Source: Crocosphaera subtropica ATCC 51142 (GTDB taxonomy: Bacteria > Cyanobacteriota > Cyanobacteriia > Cyanobacteriales > Microcystaceae). Taken from it: a DNA stretch of 32,000 nt. The stretch lies in the NCBI RefSeq assembly GCF_000017845.1, contig NC_010546.1, positions 1,590,001 to 1,622,000 of the forward strand, read 5' to 3'. Both the position numbers and the translations under genes were made by a program. A model generated the notes under the pieces. That model saw only the letters and a list, made by a program, of their open reading frames with translations. It had not been told where the DNA came from and did not search any database. This document shows positions 19,291 to 28,134 of the stretch, piece after piece. Every line of letters starts with the position of its first letter. Position 1 is the stretch's first letter.

Positions 19291-19863
19291 TTATTCAATG
19301 GCTTTAATAATGCGACAAGGATTTCCTACTACTACGACGTTTTTGGGAACATTTTTTGTTACAATACTTCCTGCTCCAATAACGCTATTATGACCAATAG
19401 TTACCCCAGGAAGAATAATAGAGCTTCCTCCAATCCAAACATTATCACCAATAGTAATTGGATAGGCCATTTCTTTACCTAACATTCTTGCTTCTGGGTT
19501 TATAGGATGGGTTGCTGTATAAATTTGTACATTAGGACCCAATTTAACATTATTACCAATTTTAACTAGATTACAGTCAAGAATAACACAGCCAAAATTA
19601 GCATAAAAATTCTTACCAAGGGTAATATTATATCCATAGTCACATCTGAAAGGGGATTCTATCCAAACTCCTTGATCTGCGTGCAATAATTGTTTGAGTA
19701 TTTTTAGTCTTTTCTGTTGACTACCATTGGGTAGAGCATTTAATTTTTGACATAACTTTTGAGCTTTTTTTCTATCTTTGATTAAGTTGTCTTCAAAGGC
19801 ATTATAATAATCTCCATTGAGCATTTTTTGCCTTTCTGTAGTTAAATGAGGCTTAGTTTTCAT
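19291..19863 (-). CDS. maa: maltose/galactoside O-acetyltransferase (hexapeptide-repeat family)
   Basis: 190-aa ORF with an N-terminal Mac domain (MLNGDYYNAFEDNLIKDRKKAQKLCQKLN) and left-handed beta-helix repeats (IGDNVWIGGSSIILPGVTIGHNSVIGAGSIV). Confidence 0.85.
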   Translation of the reverse strand: MKTKPHLTTERQKMLNGDYYNAFEDNLIKDRKKAQKLCQKLNALPNGSQQKRLKILKQLLHADQGVWIESPFRCDYGYNITLGKNFYANFGCVILDCNLVKIGNNVKLGPNVQIYTATHPINPEARMLGKEMAYPITIGDNVWIGGSSIILPGVTIGHNSVIGAGSIVTKNVPKNVVVVGNPCRIIKAIE

Positions 19864-19887
19864 ATTAGATAAATTTTATTGAATAAT

Positions 19888-19912
19888 AAAAAAAGGGAAG
19901 TATTAACTTCCC
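19888..19912 (-). terminator. rho-independent terminator of glgP
   Basis: On the minus strand: GGGAAGT-TAAT-ACTTCCC followed by TTTTTTT, beginning 18 nt after the glgP stop. Confidence 0.8.
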
Positions 19913-19929
19913 TTGGGCATCAACAGTTC

Positions 19930-22452
19930 CTAAAATTGATCAACACTTAGTTGTGTTTTGCCTTGGACATAGTCTTTGAGTTCGATGGGAACAGATTTAG
20001 CATTCCAAATATGATTACAATAGTCTTGGATAGAGCGATCGCTAGAAAATTTACTCATTCTTGCTGCGTTCAAAATAGACATTTTACTCCAATTTTCCTG
20101 ATCTTTATAGGCTTGAGAAATGTTGTCTTGACACTCAATGTAAGATTTATAATCAGCTAATACAAGATAGGGATCGTCATACAGTAAATTATCAACAATT
20201 GGTTGAAATAATTCAGGATCACCATGAGAAAAGAAACCCGAACTAATTAAGTCAATAACTCCTCTAAGCTCAGGAATAGATTGATAATAACGACGGGGGA
20301 TATATCCTTGAGCTTTTAGGTTGAGAACTTCTGGAGTGGTTAACCCGAATAAAAAGAAATTCTCGCCTCCAACTTCTTGACGAATTTCTATGTTTGCTCC
20401 ATCTAAAGTTCCAATTGTCAACGCACCATTCATGGCAAATTTCATGTTTCCTGTGCCGGATGCTTCTTTTCCAGCTAGAGAAATTTGTTCCGATAAATCG
20501 GCAGCCGGATAGACTCTTTGACCTAATGTAACGTTATAATCAGGTAAAAAAACTACTTTTAAGCGATCGCCAATATCCCCGTCATTATTAACCACATTAC
20601 CCACAGCAGTAATGAGTTTAATAATACGTTTTGCCATAAAATAACCTGGAGCAGCTTTACCACCAAAAATGAAAGTACGGGGAGGAATATCTAGGTTAGG
20701 ATTACTCTTAATCCACTTATACAGTGTAATAATGTGTAAGACGTTAAGATGTTGCCGTTTATATTCGTGGATGCGTTTAACTTGTATATCAAATAGGGAT
20801 TCTGGATTAACAGTAATTCCCACTGTTTTTTGAATATAATTTGCTAAATCTTGTTTCACTGCTTGCTTAGCTTCTCGCCATTGTTGACGAAAAGTTTTAT
20901 CCTCTGCGTAACTTTCTAATTTTCTTAATTCAGGTAAATTCTTAATCCAGCCATCTCCAATTTTTGAGGTAATTAATTCACTTAAACGGGGGTTACTTTG
21001 AACTATCCAACGACGAGGTGTAACTCCATTAGTAACGTTAGTAAATTTTTCAGGAGACAGCAGATAAAAGTCGTGTAAGATAGTATCTTTAACTAATTGG
21101 GAATGTAACTCAGCTACCCCATTAATATGATGGGAACCAATACAAGCTAAATGAGCCATTCTAACATACCGTTCCCCACTTTCATCAATAATAGAAAGAC
21201 TTGCCATCTTACTATCATCGTTAGGAAATTTGATGCGAACTTGATCTAAGAAACGTCGATTAATTTCATAGATAATTTCTAAAATACGAGGTAATAAAGA
21301 ACCAAATAGTTCTATGGGCCATTTTTCTAAGGCTTCGGGTAATAAGGTATGATTGGTATATGCAAACGTATTCTTAACAATGTTCCAGGCTTTCCCCCAT
21401 TCGTATTCATGAACATCGACTAATAAACGCATTAATTCAGGGACAGCAACCGCCGGATGAGTATCATTAAGTTGTATCGCCCATTGTTCATGAAAATTAT
21501 CTAAATTAGGGTTATTTAATAGATGAATACGAGTCATATCTTGCAGAGAAGAAGAGACAAAAAAGTATTGCTGGCGTAATCTTAATTCCTTTCCTTGAGT
21601 GGTTTCATCATTAGGATAAAGGACTTTTGTGAGATTTTCTGAGGTTACTTTATCATCAACGGCTCCATAATAATCTCCCACATTAAACCGTTGAAAATCA
21701 AAGGATTCACAAGCTTCCGAACGCCACAATCTTAAGGTATTGACTGTGTTAACTTTATAACCAGTAATCGGGGTATCATAGGGGATTCCTTTAACGACAT
21801 ATTCAGGAACCCAACGAACATGAAAGTTATCGTATCCGTCGACATATTGCTCGGTATGTCCCCCAAAATTAACCGTCACAGAAGCTTCTGGCCGACAAAT
21901 TTCCCAAGGGTTGCCGTACTGCAACCATTTATCCGTTATTTCTACTTGCCAACCATCTCTAATTTCTTGATCAAAAATACCGAATTCGTATCGTATTCCG
22001 TAACCAATGGCAGGAACTTCTAAACTCGATAACGAGTCCATATAACAGGCAGCTAAACGCCCTAGTCCACCGTTACCTAACCCTGGTTCTTCTTCTGTTT
22101 CAATCAATTCTTTAATATTTAAGCCCGATTCAGTTACGGCTTGTTTAATGGTTTCGGCAATGCCTAAATTAATTAAATTATTTTCGAGATGGGGTCCAAC
22201 TAGAAATTCTGCTGATAAGTAACAAACTTTTTTTACGTCTTTTTTAAGTTTGGTTTGTATGGTATTTAACCATCGTTGTAGGAGGCGATCTCTGACGGTA
22301 TAAGCTAAAGCTAAATAAAAGTCATTTTTGGTGGCAATTTCAGGAAATTTACCTTGAATATAAAATAAGTTATCTAAGATTGCTCGTCGTAACGTTTGAA
22401 TCTCTAACCCTGTGCGATCATCTTCAACTTTAATGGGATTTTTGTTAATCAT
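19930..22452 (-). CDS. glgP: glycogen phosphorylase (GT35)
   Basis: 840-aa ORF with the pyridoxal-phosphate lysine motif EASGTGNMKFAMNGALTIGTLDGANIE and full-length phosphorylase similarity. Confidence 0.96.
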   Translation of the reverse strand: MINKNPIKVEDDRTGLEIQTLRRAILDNLFYIQGKFPEIATKNDFYLALAYTVRDRLLQRWLNTIQTKLKKDVKKVCYLSAEFLVGPHLENNLINLGIAETIKQAVTESGLNIKELIETEEEPGLGNGGLGRLAACYMDSLSSLEVPAIGYGIRYEFGIFDQEIRDGWQVEITDKWLQYGNPWEICRPEASVTVNFGGHTEQYVDGYDNFHVRWVPEYVVKGIPYDTPITGYKVNTVNTLRLWRSEACESFDFQRFNVGDYYGAVDDKVTSENLTKVLYPNDETTQGKELRLRQQYFFVSSSLQDMTRIHLLNNPNLDNFHEQWAIQLNDTHPAVAVPELMRLLVDVHEYEWGKAWNIVKNTFAYTNHTLLPEALEKWPIELFGSLLPRILEIIYEINRRFLDQVRIKFPNDDSKMASLSIIDESGERYVRMAHLACIGSHHINGVAELHSQLVKDTILHDFYLLSPEKFTNVTNGVTPRRWIVQSNPRLSELITSKIGDGWIKNLPELRKLESYAEDKTFRQQWREAKQAVKQDLANYIQKTVGITVNPESLFDIQVKRIHEYKRQHLNVLHIITLYKWIKSNPNLDIPPRTFIFGGKAAPGYFMAKRIIKLITAVGNVVNNDGDIGDRLKVVFLPDYNVTLGQRVYPAADLSEQISLAGKEASGTGNMKFAMNGALTIGTLDGANIEIRQEVGGENFFLFGLTTPEVLNLKAQGYIPRRYYQSIPELRGVIDLISSGFFSHGDPELFQPIVDNLLYDDPYLVLADYKSYIECQDNISQAYKDQENWSKMSILNAARMSKFSSDRSIQDYCNHIWNAKSVPIELKDYVQGKTQLSVDQF

Positions 22453-22776
22453 TTTTCCCTCCGTTTCTGCTTAATTTAGGGTATGATAATTCTCAGTTTA
22501 CTATATCTTAAAATTTTTCATCATTAACTATTTAAAATTTTTAATCTTTTCACTCTTCTTATTAATTAGATTAAAGACTAATTAAAGCTAAGTTAATTGA
22601 TGATTTACAAGGTTGGTTAGCCAAACTATTCAATTGGCTAATCAGAGAAAAGAATTATATAATTGCCAACAGGATTGCGATCGCAACAAAAACTTTTATC
22701 AATAAATTAAACATCGACATTAACACTACACTAACAAAAAAATGATTATTTTTAAGCCTAAAAAACAACGATTCTT

Positions 22777-24198
22777 ATGAAACCATTGACCTTTCGCACT
22801 AAAATTGTGGCTACCATTGGCCCGGCTTGTTATTCTGCCGATGTGCTGCGTCAGATGATGCTTGCGGGGATGAATGTGGCTCGACTGAACTTTTCTCACG
22901 GAAGCTACGACGACCATAGCCAAATGGTCAAATTACTGCGTCAACTTTCCAAAGAATTAGACCTACCCCTAACGATTTTACAAGACTTACAAGGACCAAA
23001 AATTCGAGTAGGAAAGATACCCAACGATAGCATAACCTTAACAGAAGGGGCTTGTATCACCATCGTTCCGTTAGAGGAGTGGCAACATCAAGAGAATACT
23101 GTGGGTATTGATTATGCTTATATCGCTGAAGAGGCTCAACCTGGGACACAAGTGTTATTAGATGATGGGTTATTAGAATTAACGGTTGAAACCGTTGACG
23201 GTCATGGGGTGACTTGTAAAGTGGTCGAAGGGGGCATTCTCAAAAGTCATAAAGGGGTTAACTTTCCTTCTCTCAATTTACGACTGCCCTCTATGACAGA
23301 AAAAGATAAAAAAGATATAGAATTTGGCATTTCTCATGGGGTTGATATCATTTCTTTAAGCTTTGTTCGTCAAGCAGAGGATATCCAAACCCTGAAAGCC
23401 TTTTTAGCTGCTAGAAATGCAGAGATTCCCGTGTTGGCAAAAATTGAAAAACCCCAGGCTATTGAACATTTAGAAGCCATTGTTGATGAATGTAATGCCA
23501 TTATGGTCGCTCGTGGGGACTTAGGAGTAGAAATGCGGACTGAGAAAGTTCCCTTGCTACAAAAGCGTATTATTCGGATGTGTAATGAAAAAGGTATTCC
23601 CGTCATTACAGCAACCCAAATGCTAGATAGTATGATTCGTAACCCTCGTCCCACCCGTGCTGAAGCCAGTGATGTGGCGAATGCTATTATTGATGGGACA
23701 GATGCAGTGATGCTTTCGGGAGAATCGGCTATTGGTGAATTTCCTGTACAAGCGGTGAGTATGTTAGCCAGTATTGCCCGTGATATTGAGCCAGAAATCT
23801 CTTTTACCAATTATCCTCCACGAAACCAAGATAAAGCTAACGCCTTAGCTGAAGCCCTCAACTCCATTGATAAAGTGCTGGATCTTCAATGTATTGTTGC
23901 GTTTACCGAAACTGGTTATTCGGCTAAGCTAGTGGCAGCAGAACGTCCCAGAGTCCCAGTAGTGGCCTTAACCCCCAGTCTTGATGTTTATCATCGTCTC
24001 AATTTAGTTTGGGGTGTGCGTCCTGTTCTCTTTAAATACGATGGATTAACCTTAGAACAATTATTGCAACAAATGGAATCGGTGTTATTAGAACGTAATT
24101 TCGTCACGCCAGGGGATCAAGTGTTAATTTTGGGCGGTTTACCCTTAAGACAAGCTAGAAGCACCAGTTTTCTTAATATTCATACGATTGAGAATTGA
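22777..24198 (+). CDS. pyk: pyruvate kinase
   Basis: 473-aa ORF with TKIVATIGPA, ARLNFSHG, MVARGDLGVE and ITATQMLDSM motifs. Confidence 0.95.
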   Translation: MKPLTFRTKIVATIGPACYSADVLRQMMLAGMNVARLNFSHGSYDDHSQMVKLLRQLSKELDLPLTILQDLQGPKIRVGKIPNDSITLTEGACITIVPLEEWQHQENTVGIDYAYIAEEAQPGTQVLLDDGLLELTVETVDGHGVTCKVVEGGILKSHKGVNFPSLNLRLPSMTEKDKKDIEFGISHGVDIISLSFVRQAEDIQTLKAFLAARNAEIPVLAKIEKPQAIEHLEAIVDECNAIMVARGDLGVEMRTEKVPLLQKRIIRMCNEKGIPVITATQMLDSMIRNPRPTRAEASDVANAIIDGTDAVMLSGESAIGEFPVQAVSMLASIARDIEPEISFTNYPPRNQDKANALAEALNSIDKVLDLQCIVAFTETGYSAKLVAAERPRVPVVALTPSLDVYHRLNLVWGVRPVLFKYDGLTLEQLLQQMESVLLERNFVTPGDQVLILGGLPLRQARSTSFLNIHTIEN

Positions 24199-24462
24199 TG
24201 GGATTGCTCAAGTTTATATCAATACTACTCGGTTAAGCGCAAAACCTTAGTTGAGACTGCAAGGATAGGGGAGTAGGGGGCGGGGGAGAAAACAGAAAAT
24301 CTCTTAAGGTATGCTTTCCCTGCTCCTCTGCTTACCTTAAAACAAAAGTCAAAATCCAAAACCTACGCAGTATTGATAACCTGAGTTCGACGGAAGAGAA
24401 TCTATGGAAAACTGACAACCAACAAGAAGTCTCAAACCCTGCTTTCCCCGTGAAAAAAATTC

Positions 24463-24497
24463 TAACTCCGACCTCTGAACTCCTAACACCGAACTCA
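24463..24497. repeat. degenerate STRR-like heptamer array (GAACTCC family, 5 units)
   Basis: taactcc gacctct gaactcc taacacc gaactca. The unit is the reverse complement of the GGAGTTC unit at 3521-3544. Confidence 0.7.
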
Positions 24498-24551
24498 CGT
24501 TGATAGGTAGTGATACGGAATTTGAAGATAAGCCCAAAAAGAGAAAAAAAA

Positions 24552-25895
24552 ATGAACGATATTCTAGAAATTATTGAAACTCGATTAAACCAAGAATGGA
24601 TAATTGGTTGTGAGTCTCAATTGTTTTATCACCTGACTCAACACCATATTGAGCAATTAACAGAACTAAAAAAAATAAATCATAATCCTAGAATTATCTT
24701 AGTTCAGAAAAATAATGATTATCTGAATTTCTTAGCTGCTTTTCTTGCTTCTATTATTACAAAATGTCACGTTTTTTTATGTGATCAAAGATGGCAAGAT
24801 AAAGAATGGATTGAAGTATTACACTTAATTCAACCTCACTTAATCCTAGGGATTGATATTAATTATTCTATAAAAAAGCATCAAACTCCCTTACAATTAC
24901 CTGATCAAAGCTTGATTATGATTCCCACAGGAGGAACATCAGGAAAAATTCGCTTTGCTATTCATACCTGGAAAACATTATCAGCATCGGTTCAAGGATT
25001 CACTGATTTTTTTGATCTTCAAAAAGTTAATTCTTTCTGTTTATTACCCTTACATCATGTTAGCGGTTTAATGCAATTTATTCGCTCTTTTTTAACTCAA
25101 GGAAAAATTATAATATATCCTTACACTGACTTAAAAAACGGAATAATCCCCTCGTTAAAATTTGACGATTTTTTTATTTCTTTAGTCCCTACTCAATTAC
25201 AATTATTATTAACTTTAAATCCTAACTTTTTAAGACAATTTAAAACAATTTTATTAGGAGGCGCACCCCCCTGGAATTCCCTATTAATAACATCTAGACA
25301 CTATAGTCTTAATCTTTCTCCTACTTATGGCATGACAGAAACAGCCTCACAGATTGTTACTTTAAAGCCAGAGAAGTTTCTCCAAAAAAATAATAGTACA
25401 GGACAAGTTTTACCCCATGCTAACGTTACAATCAATCAAGACAAAATAATAGAAATTATTAAAACCACATCTCTATATTTTGGTTATTATCCCCATTATG
25501 AACCTCAACCATGTTTAATTACTGATGATTTAGGATATTTCGATGATGAAAACTATTTACATATTCTAGGAAGAAACAGTCAAAAAATTATTACAGGAGG
25601 AGAAAATGTTTTTCCCAAAGAGATTGAAGATGTTATTTTAGCAACCAACTTAGTCAAAGATATTTCTATTATTGGAGTGGCTAACCAACAATGGGGAGAA
25701 CTGGTAACAGCGATATACGTTCCCCAGGATGAGCAAATTGATGTTGATATGATTCGAGAAAGGATAAAATCACAATTGAGTCCTGTCAAACAACCCAAAC
25801 ATTGGATTCAAGTTCAGGAATTACCCCGTAATCAGCAAGGTAAGTTAAACTATCAGGCGTTACAAAAAATTGCTGTAACTAACCTTAAACCATAA
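24552..25895 (+). CDS. menE: 2-succinylbenzoate-CoA ligase (phylloquinone/menaquinone pathway)
   Basis: Adenylate-forming enzyme motifs IPTGGTSGKIRFA, PTYGMTET, TDDLGYFDDENYLHILGR and QGKLNY. The short (~447 aa) cyanobacterial MenE-like architecture fits. The ATG at 24552 is preferred over the track start at 24510. Confidence 0.8.
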   Translation: MNDILEIIETRLNQEWIIGCESQLFYHLTQHHIEQLTELKKINHNPRIILVQKNNDYLNFLAAFLASIITKCHVFLCDQRWQDKEWIEVLHLIQPHLILGIDINYSIKKHQTPLQLPDQSLIMIPTGGTSGKIRFAIHTWKTLSASVQGFTDFFDLQKVNSFCLLPLHHVSGLMQFIRSFLTQGKIIIYPYTDLKNGIIPSLKFDDFFISLVPTQLQLLLTLNPNFLRQFKTILLGGAPPWNSLLITSRHYSLNLSPTYGMTETASQIVTLKPEKFLQKNNSTGQVLPHANVTINQDKIIEIIKTTSLYFGYYPHYEPQPCLITDDLGYFDDENYLHILGRNSQKIITGGENVFPKEIEDVILATNLVKDISIIGVANQQWGELVTAIYVPQDEQIDVDMIRERIKSQLSPVKQPKHWIQVQELPRNQQGKLNYQALQKIAVTNLKP

Positions 25896-25960
25896 AATTA
25901 ATTATAATCATAGGAGTAAAGCAGGGACGCTAAACTTCTGCCCCTGCAATAATTCCCTGG

Positions 25961-25991
25961 AAAATTCAGCTATTCAACCGTAATAGCTGAA
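25961..25991 (-). terminator. rho-independent terminator of the distal petF copy
   Basis: On the minus strand: UUCAGCUAUU-ACGGUUG-AAUAGCUGAA (10-bp perfect stem) followed by UUUU, starting 2 nt after the stop codon. Confidence 0.78.
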
Positions 25992-25992
25992 T

Positions 25993-26301
<309 letters not shown>

Positions 26302-26387
26302 TTAAGGAAATAGATGGGTTTACTGTATTGCAAAGTTTTTTTCAGCATCGTGATAAATACTTTGCGGAAACTCATTAATCAAAAGAC

Positions 26388-26687
26388 TTAGTACAATGCT
26401 TCTTCTTGATGAGTTTCGATGGTGCAATCAGAGGTAGGATAAGCAACACAAGTTAAAACAAATCCTGCTTCAATTTGATCGTCATCCAAGAAAGATTGAT
26501 CGCTTTGATCAACACTGCCACTCACTAGCTTACCTGCACAGGTAGAACAAGCACCCGCACGACAAGAATAAGGCAATTCAAGACCTTGCTCTTCTGCTAC
26601 ATCAAGAATGTACTCATCATCGGGTACTTCAATAGTGGTGTTAATTCCTTCTGCTTCACTTTTTAAGGTAACTTTATAAGTTGCCAT
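26388..26687 (-). CDS. petF: plant-type [2Fe-2S] ferredoxin (copy 1)
   Basis: 99-aa ORF with the same [12 protein letters not shown]...LTCVAYP motifs. It is a tandem paralogue of 25993-26286. Confidence 0.95.
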   Translation of the reverse strand: MATYKVTLKSEAEGINTTIEVPDDEYILDVAEEQGLELPYSCRAGACSTCAGKLVSGSVDQSDQSFLDDDQIEAGFVLTCVAYPTSDCTIETHQEEALY

Positions 26688-27099
26688 GGATATGTCCTCT
26701 TCTCAGGTAAATAAGATAGTTGTTCTTGATGATGAAGCCTATACAGATAAGCTTCAACAATAAGCTCATTTTCGATACTAAGGGAAAAAGACCCACAGTA
26801 AATGAGGCATTAGTAATGAAATTCTTAAATAAACTTAAAATAAGTTTTACTTATGGGTCAATCCCCAGGAGCAAGTCGAGAATGTTATCAAGATTATAAG
26901 GTCTATAACCTATGGTGAATAGTGCTTGACAGGAAATCCCCCCTCAGATTTTCCCTGTATATGTCCTCACTTATTAGTATTAGTTATATTTATCATATTG
27001 ATTGATGAATTAAGTGGATAAATAGTCTAGGGAAGAAGTTTACCAGTCTCGCTAAAGTGGGATAATGAAGTTTTGGATATTTATAGAGGTCAGGTAAGG

Positions 27100-28104
27100 A
27101 TGTCTCTTCCTTCTCAGCTTTCTCATCCTATTAAAGTGGGTATTGTTGGCACTGGATATGCAGCGAAACGACGGGCCGAAACGTTTATGGAAGATGAGCG
27201 GTCGCAGCTTTGTTGTGTGACAGGATATACTCGTGAAAATGTAGTTGATTTTTGTCAGTCTTATAATATTTCCTCTTATGAAAATTGGGAAGATTTAGTA
27301 ACGGATAAAAGGTTAGATTTAATCGTAATTTGTAATGTTAATAAACTTCATGGAATCATTACTAAACTGGCGTTAGAACATAATAAAAATGTCATCATCG
27401 AATATCCTTTATCGTTAGACTATACTGAAGCAGTCGAATTATTAGAATTAGCAAGAAAAAAAGATAAATTATTACATATTGAACATATCGAAATTTTAGG
27501 GGGAATGCACCGAGCCGTACAAAAATATTTACCCCAAATCGGTAAAGTTTTTTATGGACGTTATACTACCATTGATAGTAAAAATCCTGCCCCGATTAGA
27601 TGGACATTTAATCATCAATTATTTGGGTTTCCATTTAAAGCAGCGTTACCGAGAATTCACCGTTTTACTCATTTATTTGGTGAAGTTAAGAGTGTAAATT
27701 GTCATCAAAAGTATTGGAATAGGGAAGAAGAAGACTATTATCATGGCTGTTTATGCGATGCTCAATTATTGTTTCAAAATGGCTTAATTGTTGACTTAAT
27801 CTATGGCAAAGGAGATATGTTTATTGAAAGCGATCGCACCTTTGAAATCCACGGAGAAAAGGGAAAGATTATTTTTGAAGGCATGGAAGGAAAGTTAATT
27901 ACTCAAGACGGGACACAACCCATTGAGTTAGAAAGTCGTCGGGGTTTATTTGCTTTAGATACCAAGATAGTTTTAGATCGTTTATTTGATAATAAACCCC
28001 TTTATCTTGACCCAGAATCCAGTTTATATGCCCTAAAAATTGGAGAAGCTGCTTATCAGTCCGCTAGGTTAGGCAAAATAGTAGAAATTGAGAATTCAGC
28101 ATGA
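27100..28104 (+). CDS. bvdR: Gfo/Idh/MocA-fold oxidoreductase, biliverdin reductase-like
   Basis: Rossmann start IKVGIVGTGYAAKRR. The segment HNKNVIIEYPLSLDYTEAVELLELARKKDKLLHIEHIEILGG parallels the biliverdin reductase A segment (VLVEYPMTLS...LHEEHVELL) as I recall it. The ATG at 27100 is preferred over the TTG at 27073. Confidence 0.6.
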   Translation: MSLPSQLSHPIKVGIVGTGYAAKRRAETFMEDERSQLCCVTGYTRENVVDFCQSYNISSYENWEDLVTDKRLDLIVICNVNKLHGIITKLALEHNKNVIIEYPLSLDYTEAVELLELARKKDKLLHIEHIEILGGMHRAVQKYLPQIGKVFYGRYTTIDSKNPAPIRWTFNHQLFGFPFKAALPRIHRFTHLFGEVKSVNCHQKYWNREEEDYYHGCLCDAQLLFQNGLIVDLIYGKGDMFIESDRTFEIHGEKGKIIFEGMEGKLITQDGTQPIELESRRGLFALDTKIVLDRLFDNKPLYLDPESSLYALKIGEAAYQSARLGKIVEIENSA

Positions 28105-28134
28105 AAAATTTAGAATTGACGGTGATAAACTGAG

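Noticed and set aside
23370-23810. 146-aa minus-strand ORF inside pyk. The same applies to other antisense track ORFs: 314-514, 923-1114, 1585-1803, 1903-2088, 3798-4007, 6748-6987, 12663-12956, 12998-13180, 14799-15044, 15852-16064, 16271-16486, 19951-20160, 21820-22023, 25580-25798, 28374-28631, 29300-29521, 29872-30261.
   Set aside because: Each lies entirely within, and antisense to or out of frame with, a long ORF that has an unambiguous family signature. Their translations are low-complexity with no motifs. They are typical shadow ORFs.
24263-24286. G-quadruplex call for GGataGGGGagtaGGGGGcGGGGG.
   Set aside because: Only three tracts have three or more Gs, and the fourth is GG. It is kept as part of the spacer observation but not called as a feature.
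24383-24393. gagttcgacgg, resembling a tRNA T-arm (GGTTCGA).
   Set aside because: The flanks show no acceptor stem, anticodon arm or D-arm complementarity, and there is no CCA-proximal pairing. It is not a tRNA.
24349-24537. 62-aa minus-strand ORF in the pyk-menE spacer, and 22726-22923 (65 aa) overlapping the pyk start.
   Set aside because: There are no recognisable motifs. The first reads through a heptamer repeat array and the second overlaps the 5' end of pyk in antisense. Both are probably non-coding.
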